This document shows, in pieces, positions 1 through 10,439 of a stretch of DNA of 64,000 nucleotides. Below the pieces are notes generated by a model, which did no database searches, had not been told where the DNA came from, and worked only from the letters and a program-made list of their open reading frames with translations. Each line of letters starts with the position of its first letter. Position 1 is the first letter of the stretch. The position numbers and the translations under genes were made by a program. Source of the stretch: Azolla caroliniana (taxonomy: Eukaryota > Plantae > Polypodiophyta); NCBI GenBank assembly GCA_043228905.1, contig JBHGNT010000018.1, forward strand, positions 11,966,001 through 12,030,000, in the 5' to 3' direction.

Positions 1-1772
1 ATAGTTAGGTGACACTTAGCTCTAACTTGGGCTGATGTGTGGAAGATAAGGACTTTAGTTTTCCCTAGATTCACTACCAATCCTTGTTGTGCACAAAAGT
101 CATCTAAGGCATTAAGGTGCCTTTGTAGGTCGTGTTCGGATTCAGAGAGCAAAACTATGTCATCCGCATAGAGCAAGATACGAACCTGCGTATCCCCAAG
201 GACAACTCCGTTGCCTCCCTTATGAGCAATAAAATCTGTGATCTCATCAATGTAGATCCCAAAAAGTGTCGGTGATAGGGGGCAACCTTGTTTTACACCA
301 ATAGTGCTAGTGAAACAATTGGATAGGCCACCTGGGCATCGGACACACCCGAACAGTTGTTCATATAGTGCGTAGATGGCCCAGACCATGTCATCTGGTA
401 TCCTCAAGCTTTTAAGCCTATCAAACAACCGCTCTCTAGGGACTGTGTCAAAGGCCGTGCAAAAGTCCACAAAACAACAATATAATTTCTTCTTGTGAGC
501 CTTAGTTTGGTCAATTAAGCATCTAAGTGTGAAGATATGATCAATGGTGGAGAAGGCTCGTCTAAAGCTAACTTGTTCAGGTGCACGAAGATTTAGGGTC
601 TCCATATAATTGCTAAGCTCTGCTTCCATTACTGCACCATATACTTTAGCAAGGGTATGACCTATCATAATGGTCCTATATGAATTTGGGTCCATGGGGT
701 CCCCCCCTTTATGTATGGGGGCCACTTTGTTCATAGTCCACTGTGGTGGAAAAGCCTCCGCAAGGGCACGATTGAAGATTAGAGTTAGCAAGGGAGCTAG
801 GCACTCTCTTGCATATATAATGTGTTCTGCTTGCAATCCTGTGTGGTCCATGGACTTCCTATGTTGTAATTTCTTTATGACCTTCGCGACCCCAAAGGTC
901 GTGAAAAGTGTCCCCGTGGTAGGTCGGGGTGTGGAAGGTATTGGAATGGGTGGTTGGTTTGGGATTTCGTAAAGTCTCTCTGTATATGTGTGCTAGGTTT
1001 TGAGATCTTCGATGGGTGTTTGTGGTCTTGGCTCCCGTAGTCTCTTCCATGTCGTTGCGCAATCGCTACTGATGAGCATATGGTAGAGTTCCCAATATTG
1101 GGATGCCTCCCACGCCCGTCTCTTACAACGTGTCATCTTGCACATTTCTTTGCAATGTGTCATCTTGTATATGTGTGCCAGCAATATTATAACGGGATCC
1201 TTTTGGGGGAGAGTAACAAATGGTGAAAAATACTACTTGGTCCTTGGTTGTGGAGACTTTCACCCACATAAAACGAGCTTCTGGGTCTGTCCTCAGTATT
1301 TCTATCCTATTATGTAGCTCTCTACGAAACAATATCATGACACCTCCAGATCCCCTGGTAGTGTGTCGACGTGAGGTTTTTCTAAAAGCGGACTCCCAAC
1401 AAAATCCTTCAACTAGTGGGAGTCCTCTATTTGGGCTTTGGTGTGTTTCTACCAAGAAAAATATATCTGATACCTTTAATATCTCCTCTAGGCGGCTGCG
1501 GTGTGTCTAGATGCGTCGTTACAATTCCATAAGGTCATCCTAAGTGCATTTTCTGTCACATGGGCCACACGCCATCAATTAGTAGTGCGATCATTTATGA
1601 TCACTCGCCCGTCTCGGTAAAAGGCGTGATGCCCTTCTTTACGAGCTTGCATAACTCGTGGCATACAACTCTTGCGATGCTCAATTTGCATCTTAGTGAG
1701 GTCTTCATTGAGATAGATAGGGTTCCCACCCAAGCGTCGAAGAATTGGTCTCTTCTTAAAGAAAGTGATTCT
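1..1772 (-). mobile_element. 5'-truncated, degenerate LINE (ORF1 C-terminus, AP endonuclease, RT), inserted in the 5' LTR of Copia A; continues off the left edge
   Basis: Minus strand gives RT motifs (VKQGCPLSPTLFGIYIDE, LLYADDIVLLS) at about 100-500, endonuclease motifs (ETH, GSGGVMILFR, FMWVKV, ICYSPP) in ORF 1123-1455, and an ORF1-like IYLNEDLT...AFYRDGRVIIN at 1575-1772. Sequence switches to Copia A LTR at about 1773. Confidence 0.85.
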
Positions 1773-1922
1773 AGAGAGATTGAGAACGAAGCAATAAAGC
1801 TTTCCATTAGAGCTTGCACTGAGTAAGTCTACGCCTATTCTATTTTTCTGTCTGCGTTGTTTGCTGTTCATAACTGACAACAAATCCATACACGTTTCCA
1901 CAAAACACACTCATTATCAACA
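1773..1922 (+). repeat. Copia A 5' LTR (3' portion only)
   Basis: Matches about 17219-17368; ends ...TCAACA, followed by PBS. Confidence 0.85.
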
Positions 1923-1924
1923 AC

Positions 1925-1936
1925 TGGTATCAGAGC
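1925..1936 (+). promoter_or_regulatory. Primer binding site (tRNA-iMet), Copia A
   Basis: TGGTATCAGAGC 2 nt after the LTR end. Confidence 0.9.
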
Positions 1937-2021
1937 GAAGCTTTGTTGTTCAGTGGCAACAGACAACAGACGAAGCTGAAAGAAAAGACTAGGTCAAAAA
2001 TCTCAATTTCACAAAAAGAAT

Positions 2022-3802
2022 ATGGCTTCAACATCCAGAACAGGAGTTGAAATAAGAAAATTCGATGGCAAAAACTTTGCCTTGTGGAAGCAGATGATGT
2101 AGGATGTGTTGATCATTCGAAGATAGGTCGAAGCCATTCGGCACAGCGAAAAACCTACTTCCATGATAGCCAAGGACTGGAGATCAATGGACGAAATCGC
2201 ACGCTCCACCATTCAAATGCATCTAGCCGAAAACATCTATTTCAGCATGGCGAAAGAGACGACAAAGTTCTCATTGTGGGAGAAGCTACAAGTCGTTTAT
2301 GAAAAGAATTCCTGATCTTCGAAATTGATTTTGATCAAACAATTTTTCAACATGAAGACGAGAGAGACCGATCCAGAAACCTCCCACATCAACACCTTCA
2401 ACCAGGTGTTGTCGGAGCTCTCGTCACAAGGGATCAACTTTGAAGAAGAAGTGAAAGCCCTTGCCCTCCTATCGAGCTTGCCAGTGAGCTGGGAGGTATT
2501 CTGCATGACATACGCCAATAGCCGACCGATCCTAAACTTGGACGAAACAATCGGCCAAGTTCTCACAGAGGACATCAGGCGAAAATCGATGGGACTAACC
2601 ATTGATGAGTCGGCAGAAGCCCATCGCTCGATCGAGTTGTTCGACTGACAGAGTCAAACGAAAGAACAAGTCGACAGAACCGGTCGACACTACAACCGAT
2701 CGAAAATGAGGGGAGACCGACAATGGTCGAAGTCGAAAACGAGCCGATCAAGTGAGTACTGCACACACTGCACGAAAGCTGGCCACAATGTTTCCGATTG
2801 CTGGTCAATAAAGAGAAAAGAGAGTGGTCAGCGATTTGAGCGAAATCAGGGACGTTCCGACTCAGACCACTATCTAGTCGGCAACCAGATCAACGTTGCC
2901 AACACCTGATCCGGAGAAATCCTCTCCATAGAGGACTCAATGATCGGAGAACTCCTCTATAGTGCACAAGTTGCACACACGTGGCTACTAGACTCTGGTG
3001 CCACATTTCACATGACCCCCAACATTGAATGGTTCTCGAACTATTCAGCGGACGCCAGTGGCACAGTCCGACTGGGAAACGAGTAGGAGCGCAAGATAGC
3101 CGGAACCAGGGAGGTTCGGCAGAAGCCCATCGCTCGATCGAGTTGTTCGACTGACAGAGTCAAACGAAAGAACAAGTCGACAGAACCGGTCGACACTACA
3201 ACCGATCGAAAATGAGGGGAGACCGACAATGGTCGAAGTCGAAAACGAGCCGATCAAGTGAGTACTGCACACACTGCACGAAAGCTGGCCACAATGTTTC
3301 CGATTGCTGGTCAATAAAGAGAAAAGAGAGTGGTCAGCGATTTGAGCGAAATCAGGGACGTTCCGACTCAGACCACTATCTAGTCGGCAACCAGATCAAC
3401 GTTGCCAACACCTGATCCGGAGAAATCCTCTCCATAGAGGACTCAATGATCGGAGAACTCCTCTACAGTGCACAAGTTGCACACACGTGGCTACTAGACT
3501 CTGGTGCCACATTTCACATGACCCCCAACATTGAATGGTTCTCGAACTATTCAGCGGACGCCAGTGGCACAGTCCGACTGGGAAACGAGTAGGAGCGCAA
3601 GATAGCCGGAACCAGGGAGGTTTGTATCAGATTGCCAAATGGCAACACAATAACCCTACACCGAGTTCCGCACCTACCTAATCTAAAGAGGAGTCTGGTC
3701 TCCATCGGCATGTTAGCCGAAGACGGGTATAGAACGACTCTACACGAGTCGACATGGGTGATCAGTTGAGGAAACCTCAAAGTCGAGAGTGGGTACAAGT
3801 AC
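2022..3802 (+). pseudogene. gag: Copia A gag-protease, disrupted
   Basis: MASTSRTGVEIRKFDGKNFALWK start, CTHCTKAGHNVSDC zinc knuckle, WLLDSGATFH protease motif; several stops and a 506-bp duplication. Confidence 0.88.
2610..3621 (+). repeat. 506-bp tandem duplication (2610-3115 / 3116-3621)
   Basis: ORFs 2706-2909 and 3212-3415 are identical at offset 506; one T/C difference noticed. Confidence 0.95.
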
Positions 3803-4440
3803 TGTTAGGAAATAGGTCCCTCCGGATGGGAAGTGAGAACTGGATGTGGCGTACCCGACAACGGAAGACCCGGTGAGAACCGGATGTGGAGTACCCGGCA
3901 GCGGAAGACCCGGTAAGGACCGGATGTGGCGTACCCGGCAACGGAAGACCCGGTGAGAACCGAGTGTTGTAGAACCGGTGAGAACCTCTCATCGGATGGA
4001 AGGGACATATATGTAAATATGTTCCAAAGAGCCCACTGGGGATATATTTGTAAATAGCCCGAAAATCATATCAGTATAAATATGACCTAGGGAAAAAATG
4101 ATAGAGTTGTTATTAGTGTAACCTCTGTACAGTGCGTAATAGAGAGAGAGAGAGCGATATACAAAGATCGTGTCTCTGTTGTAACCGCCTGGTGGCGAAG
4201 CGAGGGAGCAAGAGGTTGTTGCCTCTGTGCCCCATTGTTGTATTACTTTACATAGTGATAGTTTGCAGTCTGAGGGCGGCCGTGGTTTTTCCCATATTTG
4301 GGTTTTCCACATTAACATCCTGTGTATTCTCTTTTGTTTGTTCATGCACTTACCTCCATTCCCATTTCTTTTGTGTTCGATTGTATCAAGTGATTTTCCC
4401 TTTGGTTGTTGCCGGAGATTATTCCGCGTATTTCACGATA
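3803..4440 (+). repeat. Copia B 5' LTR, with 3 x 40-bp tandem repeat (3841-3960)
   Basis: Direct repeat of 13398-14034; unit about CGGATGTGGCGTACCCGGCAACGGAAGACCCGGTGAGAAC. Confidence 0.93.
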
Positions 4441-4470
4441 GAGTAGTATCAGAGCGAAACGACACAGAAA

Positions 4471-5461
4471 ATGGACGATTCGTTGGGAGACATGTTCAAG
4501 GTCACCGGCTCCAACTATTCAGTGTGGAAGTCGAAGATGAGGGACATGCTCGTGGTTAAAGATCTTTGGTTGCTGGTTCAGTTCGGGGACAAGAGACCGG
4601 ACAAAATAGATGCCACGATATGGGAGGTGATGCACATGAAGACAACGACGTACATACGGTGCTTCATCGACATGAGTCTATACAACAACTTGAATGAAGA
4701 GAGCAAGGCTCATGAGCTCTGGGAGAAGATCGGCCTTATGTTTCAAAATAAAAATGCTGTTAATCAGGTTTCGGTATTTCGGAAGCTAGTAAGACTCCGG
4801 TACCAAGATGGCTCCAGCATGGAGGAGCACATGAATGCCTTCCAGGGGCTGATTGACTAGGCAACATCATTGGAAGTACCTCTTGCGGATGAGGTACTAG
4901 CATTACTCCTGCTCGGTTCCCTCCCAGATAGCTGGGAGACGTTGGTTGTCACTTTGGGCAACGCTGGGCCGGAAGGGAAACGGTTATCCCTAGCAAGAGT
5001 GAAGTCGAGCTTGCTATATGAAGAGGTGCATCGGAAAGATAAGGATACGAGCTCCGACTCCAAAGCGCTCCTTACCGAATCGGAACGCGGAAGACAAAGG
5101 AACCGTAGTTCCTAGAACCGGGAGAAGTCGGGCACCAGAAGAACTGTCGGCATTTCCGAAAAGACAAGGAAACCGACGGTACCGATTCGAAGCGGATACC
5201 GGACCGGAACGGTAAAGACCAGAGGGGGCCGGACCGGAAGGGAACGACGGCAATCGCGGCAAGTGAAGAAGAGTTGATGCTAATCACTGAGGAGAGTGAG
5301 CTTAACCTTGACGGCAACGAGATGACCTGGGTGGTCGATTCCGGAGCATCTTTCCACCCTACCTTGGACCGGAAATGCTTCTCATCCTACACAACCGGTG
5401 ATCACGGTTGTGTCTGGATGGGGAATGAAGGTACATGCCGAATTGTCGGCATAGGAGACGT
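4471..5461 (+). pseudogene. gag: Copia B gag-protease, disrupted
   Basis: NYSVWKSKMRDML, LLLGSLPDSWETLV and WVVDSGASFH motifs; in-frame stops; interrupted by element C. Confidence 0.9.
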
Positions 5462-6137
5462 TGTCGCGTTGTTACGCGCGTGCGTGGAGAAGGGCGGAAC
5501 CACGGGGGTCTTGGACTAAGGAGAAGGGGAGGAGGAATAGGACTTCGGAATGGAGCTTAGCACAAGAAGAGAAAGAATGAACAAGAGGAAGATGGAGGCC
5601 AAATGCTCAACAAGATATATTAGAACCGAAAACCGATTACAAAATGGCGGCCGCGTAGGCCGCACCAAACGACTATGATAAACCCGAAACCCTAATCCGA
5701 CGAAGAAGAAAAGAAACCCTAAACCTAACGCTTGTCCTATGTGGTATACCTTCCGCACTCAAAATAGGCAACCCCCACAATGGTGCTCTTCCTCTCCTTT
5801 TATAGCACAAGGAGAGAAGACCGTTTACAAAAAGGGTGCTACAAAATATCCCCTTTCAATCAATGGGGATATTTCCCTTGATTTTAGGGGAGGTGGGAAG
5901 GATGGGTCTTAACTCCCACCTCTACACGAACTACTATGTACCTATCTCTCTCTCTCACGTGGATGTGCGCGCAAAAGCACATCACCTTTACACTTTACAA
6001 ATCCTAAGGTGCATTTCTAGCACCATACTTATCACTATCGATAAATAGAAATACAACATGTTGATGTGCAACGTTGCACATCGCGGGTTTGCTTGCTTCG
6101 CTCGGGTTTCCGCCTACGGACGAAAATCTTCACGACA
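5462..6137 (-). repeat. Element C 3' LTR
   Basis: TG...CA, direct repeat of 9760-10435, preceded on minus by GGTTAGGTGGGGGCGGA. Confidence 0.95.
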
Positions 6138-9100
6138 TCCGCCCCCACCTAACCGCACATCCACCGGTATGTGCCAAAAGGGAACAAAACGCGAGATTTT
6201 CGGCCGAGGCGGCCAACCGAGCCCTTGGCAACCTCGTGGGCTTGCCCGGCTTCGTCTTCCACTTCGAGCAAGTCCACCCCGTCCACACAAACCACCGTCG
6301 CCTTCCGGCCCACCATCTTCGTCGAATGGTCTCGAACCGTCGGCTCCATCCGATCCGCCACACTCGACGATGCTCGCCGAGTCGTTGCCTCCACCTGATC
6401 CGCCACGTCCACCGTGTTTCCTCGAACCACCGACTACACTCGGACCGCCATATCCGATGCCCGCGCTTTCCTCCCCGTTCGGTCCTCCCGAACGCCGTTG
6501 CCGACCCTTTGTCCGCCTCGCATATCATCCGGATCCGCCTTTTTCGTGCCGCGCACCTCGTCGTGCCGACTCTTCTCGCTCCGCGCTTGCCTTCCGTAGG
6601 CTTTCCCCGTACGTCGGTGTTGTCCTCCGAATGCGTGCTCGGGCTTCGGTCCTTCGATGACCCCATCACGCATTTTTCGCCTTCCCTTTGCTTGCCGTGC
6701 TCTCTCGCCGTAGAGCATACCATCGTTCCCGTGCTCGTTGCTTGGCCCTCATGCGGCCGCATTGCACGTTTCGCATTCCGCTCCTCTTCGCGTACCCTTT
6801 CGGAAAGGTACCTTTCTTCCCCGACCTCCGTTTCGCTCGGAGGAACACCCTCTTGGCCCTCTTGGCCCGCTCGACCGCACACATCCTTCGTGATGTCGTG
6901 TTCGTTCTTTTGGGCGCATACATCTTCGTTCTTCGCGACCTCCCGTATGCCTCTCTCGGTGCCTTCATCCGTTGTGGCCTTCGTCCCCTCGCCGCCACCG
7001 TCCGCCACTCTTGGTCTCACGTCGGCACTCGCGCCGACCGCCGGAGTCTCTATAGCCGGTGTGGAGGATCCCTCTCGGGCCTTATCTTCGTGGCCGCCGG
7101 TCTTAGCCTCTCCGTAGGCCACCTCTTCCCACCAATCTTCCCTAGCATCGTGCCAGGTCTCGTCGTCGCCGCCTTCTTCCTCGTATTCGCCTCTCGAAGG
7201 CGTGATCCGACCGTCATCTTCGGTCGCTCGATGTGGCTCCTTCGTAGGCATGCTTGTCTCTTGGCCCTCCATCGGCCGTATTGCATGCATCTCGTCTCGC
7301 TCTTCCGCCGTAGACCCGTCCTCCGTGTCGCTCTTCTCCTCCTTTGTCGCCGTAGCCCATTCCGACACGGGCTCGCCGTCTTGGACCCACCCGTCCACCA
7401 TCTCGTACCGGATATCCGTTCCGGTAACCTCGTACGCTCCGGCCTCCGACTCCTCGCCGCCACCCGCCGTTTCTCCGGTCTTATGTTGATCCGCAACCGC
7501 CGTAGTCTCTAGAGTGGGTATGGAGGGTCTCGTTTGTTTCCGTTTTTCCCCCGAACCATGGTCGTCGTGCCCGGTTAGCCTCCATCTCGCGCTTACCGGC
7601 TCCCATCGTAACCGTAACCGTAACCGTAACCGGCCAATCGGTCTCGCCGGCTTCCTTCGGTTTGGGCCCGGTTCGCCGGCCCTTACTCTCTTCTTCTTCC
7701 GCGCCGTATTCCGGTCGGGTCGGTTCCCGACTCTCTCCTCGTTTCCGCTCCGGTCCTCTCCGTCGGACCCACCGTATACGCCCCTTCCGGGCCCCGCATA
7801 CTCGTCTTCGTATGCGCTCTCTCCGGGCCTCACCTCCTCACGGTCACCGCCCATCTCTCCGGTCTCACGTTGGCATTCGAGCACAACCGCCGAAGTCTCC
7901 GGCCCCGGTGTCAAGGGGTCTTGCCTCCGTCCGCTCCAATCTTCCTTCTCGTTTCCGTTGCCCGCCTTGCCGCCGTCACCTCCCGTCGCACTAAGCCTCA
8001 TGCCGGCACTCGGGCCGGCCATTGGAGCCTCTAGGATTGGTGTGGGTAAGGACCCGGCACCGCCGCTTGTTGTCTCCGTAGCCGCTTTCGTTCGGACGTC
8101 GTTGTCCGCGGCTCCCCCATCTCCGATTCCGTAAGCCTCTAGTATGCTTGCCACCACCTCTTCTTCGCCGTTCTCCGCGTCATTTTGTTTGCCCGCCTTG
8201 CCGCCGCCACCGCCCGTCGTTCTAGGTCTCGTGCCGGCACTCGGGCCGACCGCTGAAGCCTCTAGGGCCGGTGTGTGGAAGGTCGCGGCACCACCGCTCG
8301 CCTCCTCTCCGCTCGATGTTTTGGGCCGCCGTGCCCCGAATCTTCCGCCCACTTTCGAAGTGGCGCTCTCCGCTTTGTAGTCACCGGCCTCATCCTTGGC
8401 CGTCCATTCGCCGCAAGACGAGAGGGTTGCTCGCTCCGCACCCTCTCCCATGTCGTCGTCGTTTCGGTTGCCCGCCTTGCCGCCGCCACCGTCCGTCACT
8501 CTAGGCCTCTCGCCGGCTCTCGGGCCGGGTGCCGGAGTCTCTAGGACCGGTGTGTGGAAGGTCGCGACACCACCACTCCTCTCGTCCGTAGCCACCTCCA
8601 TTCGGACATCGTCGTCCGTGGCTACCCCGTCTTCGGTTTCGCAAGCATCGAGTATGCTTGCCGCTGCCTCTTCTTCGCCGGTCTCGTCCTCATCTCGGTT
8701 GTCCGCCTTGCCGCCGCCACCGCCCGTAGCTCTAGGTCTCGTGCCGGCACTCGGGCCGACCGCCGAAGCCTCTAGGGCCGGTGTGTGGAAGGTCGCGACA
8801 CTGACGCTCGTCTCCTCCCGACTCGATGTTTCGGGCCACCGTGTCCCGAAACCGTAGTTACCGGCCTCCATGGCCATCGCTTCACCGCAAGGCAAGAGGG
8901 TCGCTTGCTCCGCACCCTCTCCCTTGTCACCGTCGTACGCTCTTCCGGCCTCGATTCTCGCCGTCACGATCTCGCACGCCTCCCATACCAACGCCTCGAA
9001 GTCGTACTCCTCCGGTTGGTCGTGCATCGAGCTCTCTTCCGGCGGTGGTGTGTAGCCGCCCACCGCCCTCTCTTCTCCACCGCTCGCGGGTCGTGTTGTG

Positions 9101-9717
9101 GCCGACCACCTCTTATCATGTTGTCGGCACACCCGTTCTACTTCGGGCCACTCCTCGGTGAGACCATGCGCCCCATAATCGTCTTGAAGCTCGAACATGA
9201 TGTCCATCCTCTCCTCATGATGGACCGTCTTCAAAAATAGGAGGACTTTGTCCGCCCCCATCGATCTCCGTTCCCACTCCGAGAGTTGAGAGAAACGACG
9301 CTCGAACTCTCGGAATGCCTCCATTGCGCCCCGATGGCGCCTCGCCGACGCCACCCACCGATCGAACTCTCGCCGACCTCTTACCTCCGATTCCGCGCAC
9401 CCGTATGCCTCCATTAGAGCCCCTTCAAAGGACTCCCACGATTCGTGAGCTTCTTGGAGCTCCTTGACCTCCTCGTACTTTGATGCGGCCGCCGCTCGAC
9501 GAAAGAACTCTAGCCTCGTCGCTTCGTCCACGCCCATCCCCGTCATTTCCGCATCGTAGGCTCTCAAAAATTTTGGGACCTCCTTCCCATCGAACCGGCC
9601 GACTAGACGGACCACCCTTTCGACCGCTTGTTGAGCCGCCTCTCGCCTCGCCCTCTTCCGTCCGGCGTCCATCAAGATCTTTGTCATCATCTCCTCGAAG
9701 TCGAAGCCTTCTTCCAT
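6130..9717 (-). CDS. gag: 1195-aa Gag-like protein with long acidic, Gly-rich repetitive C-terminal extension
   Basis: N-terminal 200 aa resemble element G Gag (VGRFDGKEVPKFLRAY vs IGRFSGKDATKYLASY; KVLLFLKTV vs RVLLFVKSV); remainder low complexity with repeated ATFHTPALEASAVGPSAGTRPR motif; ORF uninterrupted. Confidence 0.8.
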   Translation of the reverse strand: MEEGFDFEEMMTKILMDAGRKRARREAAQQAVERVVRLVGRFDGKEVPKFLRAYDAEMTGMGVDEATRLEFFRRAAAASKYEEVKELQEAHESWESFEGALMEAYGCAESEVRGRREFDRWVASARRHRGAMEAFREFERRFSQLSEWERRSMGADKVLLFLKTVHHEERMDIMFELQDDYGAHGLTEEWPEVERVCRQHDKRWSATTRPASGGEERAVGGYTPPPEESSMHDQPEEYDFEALVWEACEIVTARIEAGRAYDGDKGEGAEQATLLPCGEAMAMEAGNYGFGTRWPETSSREETSVSVATFHTPALEASAVGPSAGTRPRATGGGGGKADNRDEDETGEEEAAASILDACETEDGVATDDDVRMEVATDERSGGVATFHTPVLETPAPGPRAGERPRVTDGGGGKAGNRNDDDMGEGAERATLSSCGEWTAKDEAGDYKAESATSKVGGRFGARRPKTSSGEEASGGAATFHTPALEASAVGPSAGTRPRTTGGGGGKAGKQNDAENGEEEVVASILEAYGIGDGGAADNDVRTKAATETTSGGAGSLPTPILEAPMAGPSAGMRLSATGGDGGKAGNGNEKEDWSGRRQDPLTPGPETSAVVLECQRETGEMGGDREEVRPGESAYEDEYAGPGRGVYGGSDGEDRSGNEERVGNRPDRNTARKKKRVRAGEPGPNRRKPARPIGRLRLRLRLRWEPVSARWRLTGHDDHGSGEKRKQTRPSIPTLETTAVADQHKTGETAGGGEESEAGAYEVTGTDIRYEMVDGWVQDGEPVSEWATATKEEKSDTEDGSTAEERDEMHAIRPMEGQETSMPTKEPHRATEDDGRITPSRGEYEEEGGDDETWHDAREDWWEEVAYGEAKTGGHEDKAREGSSTPAIETPAVGASADVRPRVADGGGEGTKATTDEGTERGIREVAKNEDVCAQKNEHDITKDVCGRAGQEGQEGVPPSETEVGEERYLSERVREEERNAKRAMRPHEGQATSTGTMVCSTAREHGKQREGEKCVMGSSKDRSPSTHSEDNTDVRGKPTEGKRGARRVGTTRCAARKRRIRMICEADKGSATAFGRTERGGKRGHRIWRSECSRWFEETRWTWRIRWRQRLGEHRRVWRIGWSRRFETIRRRWWAGRRRWFVWTGWTCSKWKTKPGKPTRLPRARLAASAENLAFCSLLAHTGGCAVRWGRMS

Positions 9718-9737
9718 CTCTTTCTCCCTTGCCGCCC

Positions 9738-9755
9738 TTCACGTCGGGTTCACCA
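9738..9755 (-). promoter_or_regulatory. Primer binding site (tRNA-Trp), element C
   Basis: TGGTGAACCCGACGTGAA, complementary to the plant tRNA-Trp 3' end as I recall it; identical in element G. Confidence 0.85.
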
Positions 9756-9759
9756 AAGA

Positions 9760-10435
9760 TGTCGCGTTGTTACGCGCGTGCGTGGAGAAGGGCGGAACCA
9801 CGGGGGTCTTGGACTAAGGAGAAGGGGAGGAGGAATAGGACTTCGGAATGGAGCTTAGCACAAGAAGAGAAAGAATGAACAAGAGGAAGATGGAGGCCAA
9901 ATGCTCAACAAGATATATTAGAACCGAAAACCGATTACAAAATGGCGGCCGCGTAGGCCGCACCAAACGACTATGATAAACCCGAAACCCTAATCCGACG
10001 AAGAAGAAAAGAAACCCTAAACCTAACGCTTGTCCTATGTGGTATACCTTCCGCACTCAAAATAGGCAACCCCCACAATGGTGCTCTTCCTCTCCTTTTA
10101 TAGCACAAGGAGAGAAGACCGTTTACAAAAAGGGTGCTACAAAATATCCCCTTTCAATCAATGGGGATATTTCCCTTGATTTTAGGGGAGGTGGGAAGGA
10201 TGGGTCTTAACTCCCACCTCTACACGAACTACTATGTACCTATCTCTCTCTCTCACGTGGATGTGCGCGCAAAAGCACATCACCTTTACACTTTACAAAT
10301 CCTAAGGTGCATTTCTAGCACCATACTTATCACTATCGATAAATAGAAATACAACATGTTGATGTGCAACGTTGCACATCGCGGGTTTGCTTGCTTCGCT
10401 CGGGTTTCCGCCTACGGACGAAAATCTTCACGACA
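9760..10435 (-). repeat. Element C 5' LTR
   Basis: Direct repeat of 5462-6137 at offset 4298; ORF translations within both copies are identical. Confidence 0.95.
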
Positions 10436-10439
10436 ACGT

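Larger units (their letters stand above)
5462..10435 (-). mobile_element. Non-autonomous gag-only LTR retroelement C (tRNA-Trp Gypsy family), very recent
   Basis: 676-bp LTRs at 5462-6137 and 9760-10435 appear identical; 4-bp TSD ACGT (5458-5461, 10436-10439); PBS and G-rich PPT on minus strand; single ORF with no pol motifs. Confidence 0.93.

Noticed and set aside
1575-1910. 111-aa ORF as an intact gene
   Set aside because: Chimeric: the N-terminal part is antisense Copia A LTR (also seen at 17138-17356) and the rest is truncated LINE ORF1.
3841-3960. 40-bp repeats as a CRISPR array
   Set aside because: Head-to-tail with no unique spacers, repeated in the partner LTR, no cas genes, eukaryotic context.
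6058-9878. Numerous plus-strand ORFs overlapping element C (similarly within G and N)
   Set aside because: Shadows of GC-rich coding sequence on the opposite strand or in other frames; no recognisable domains.
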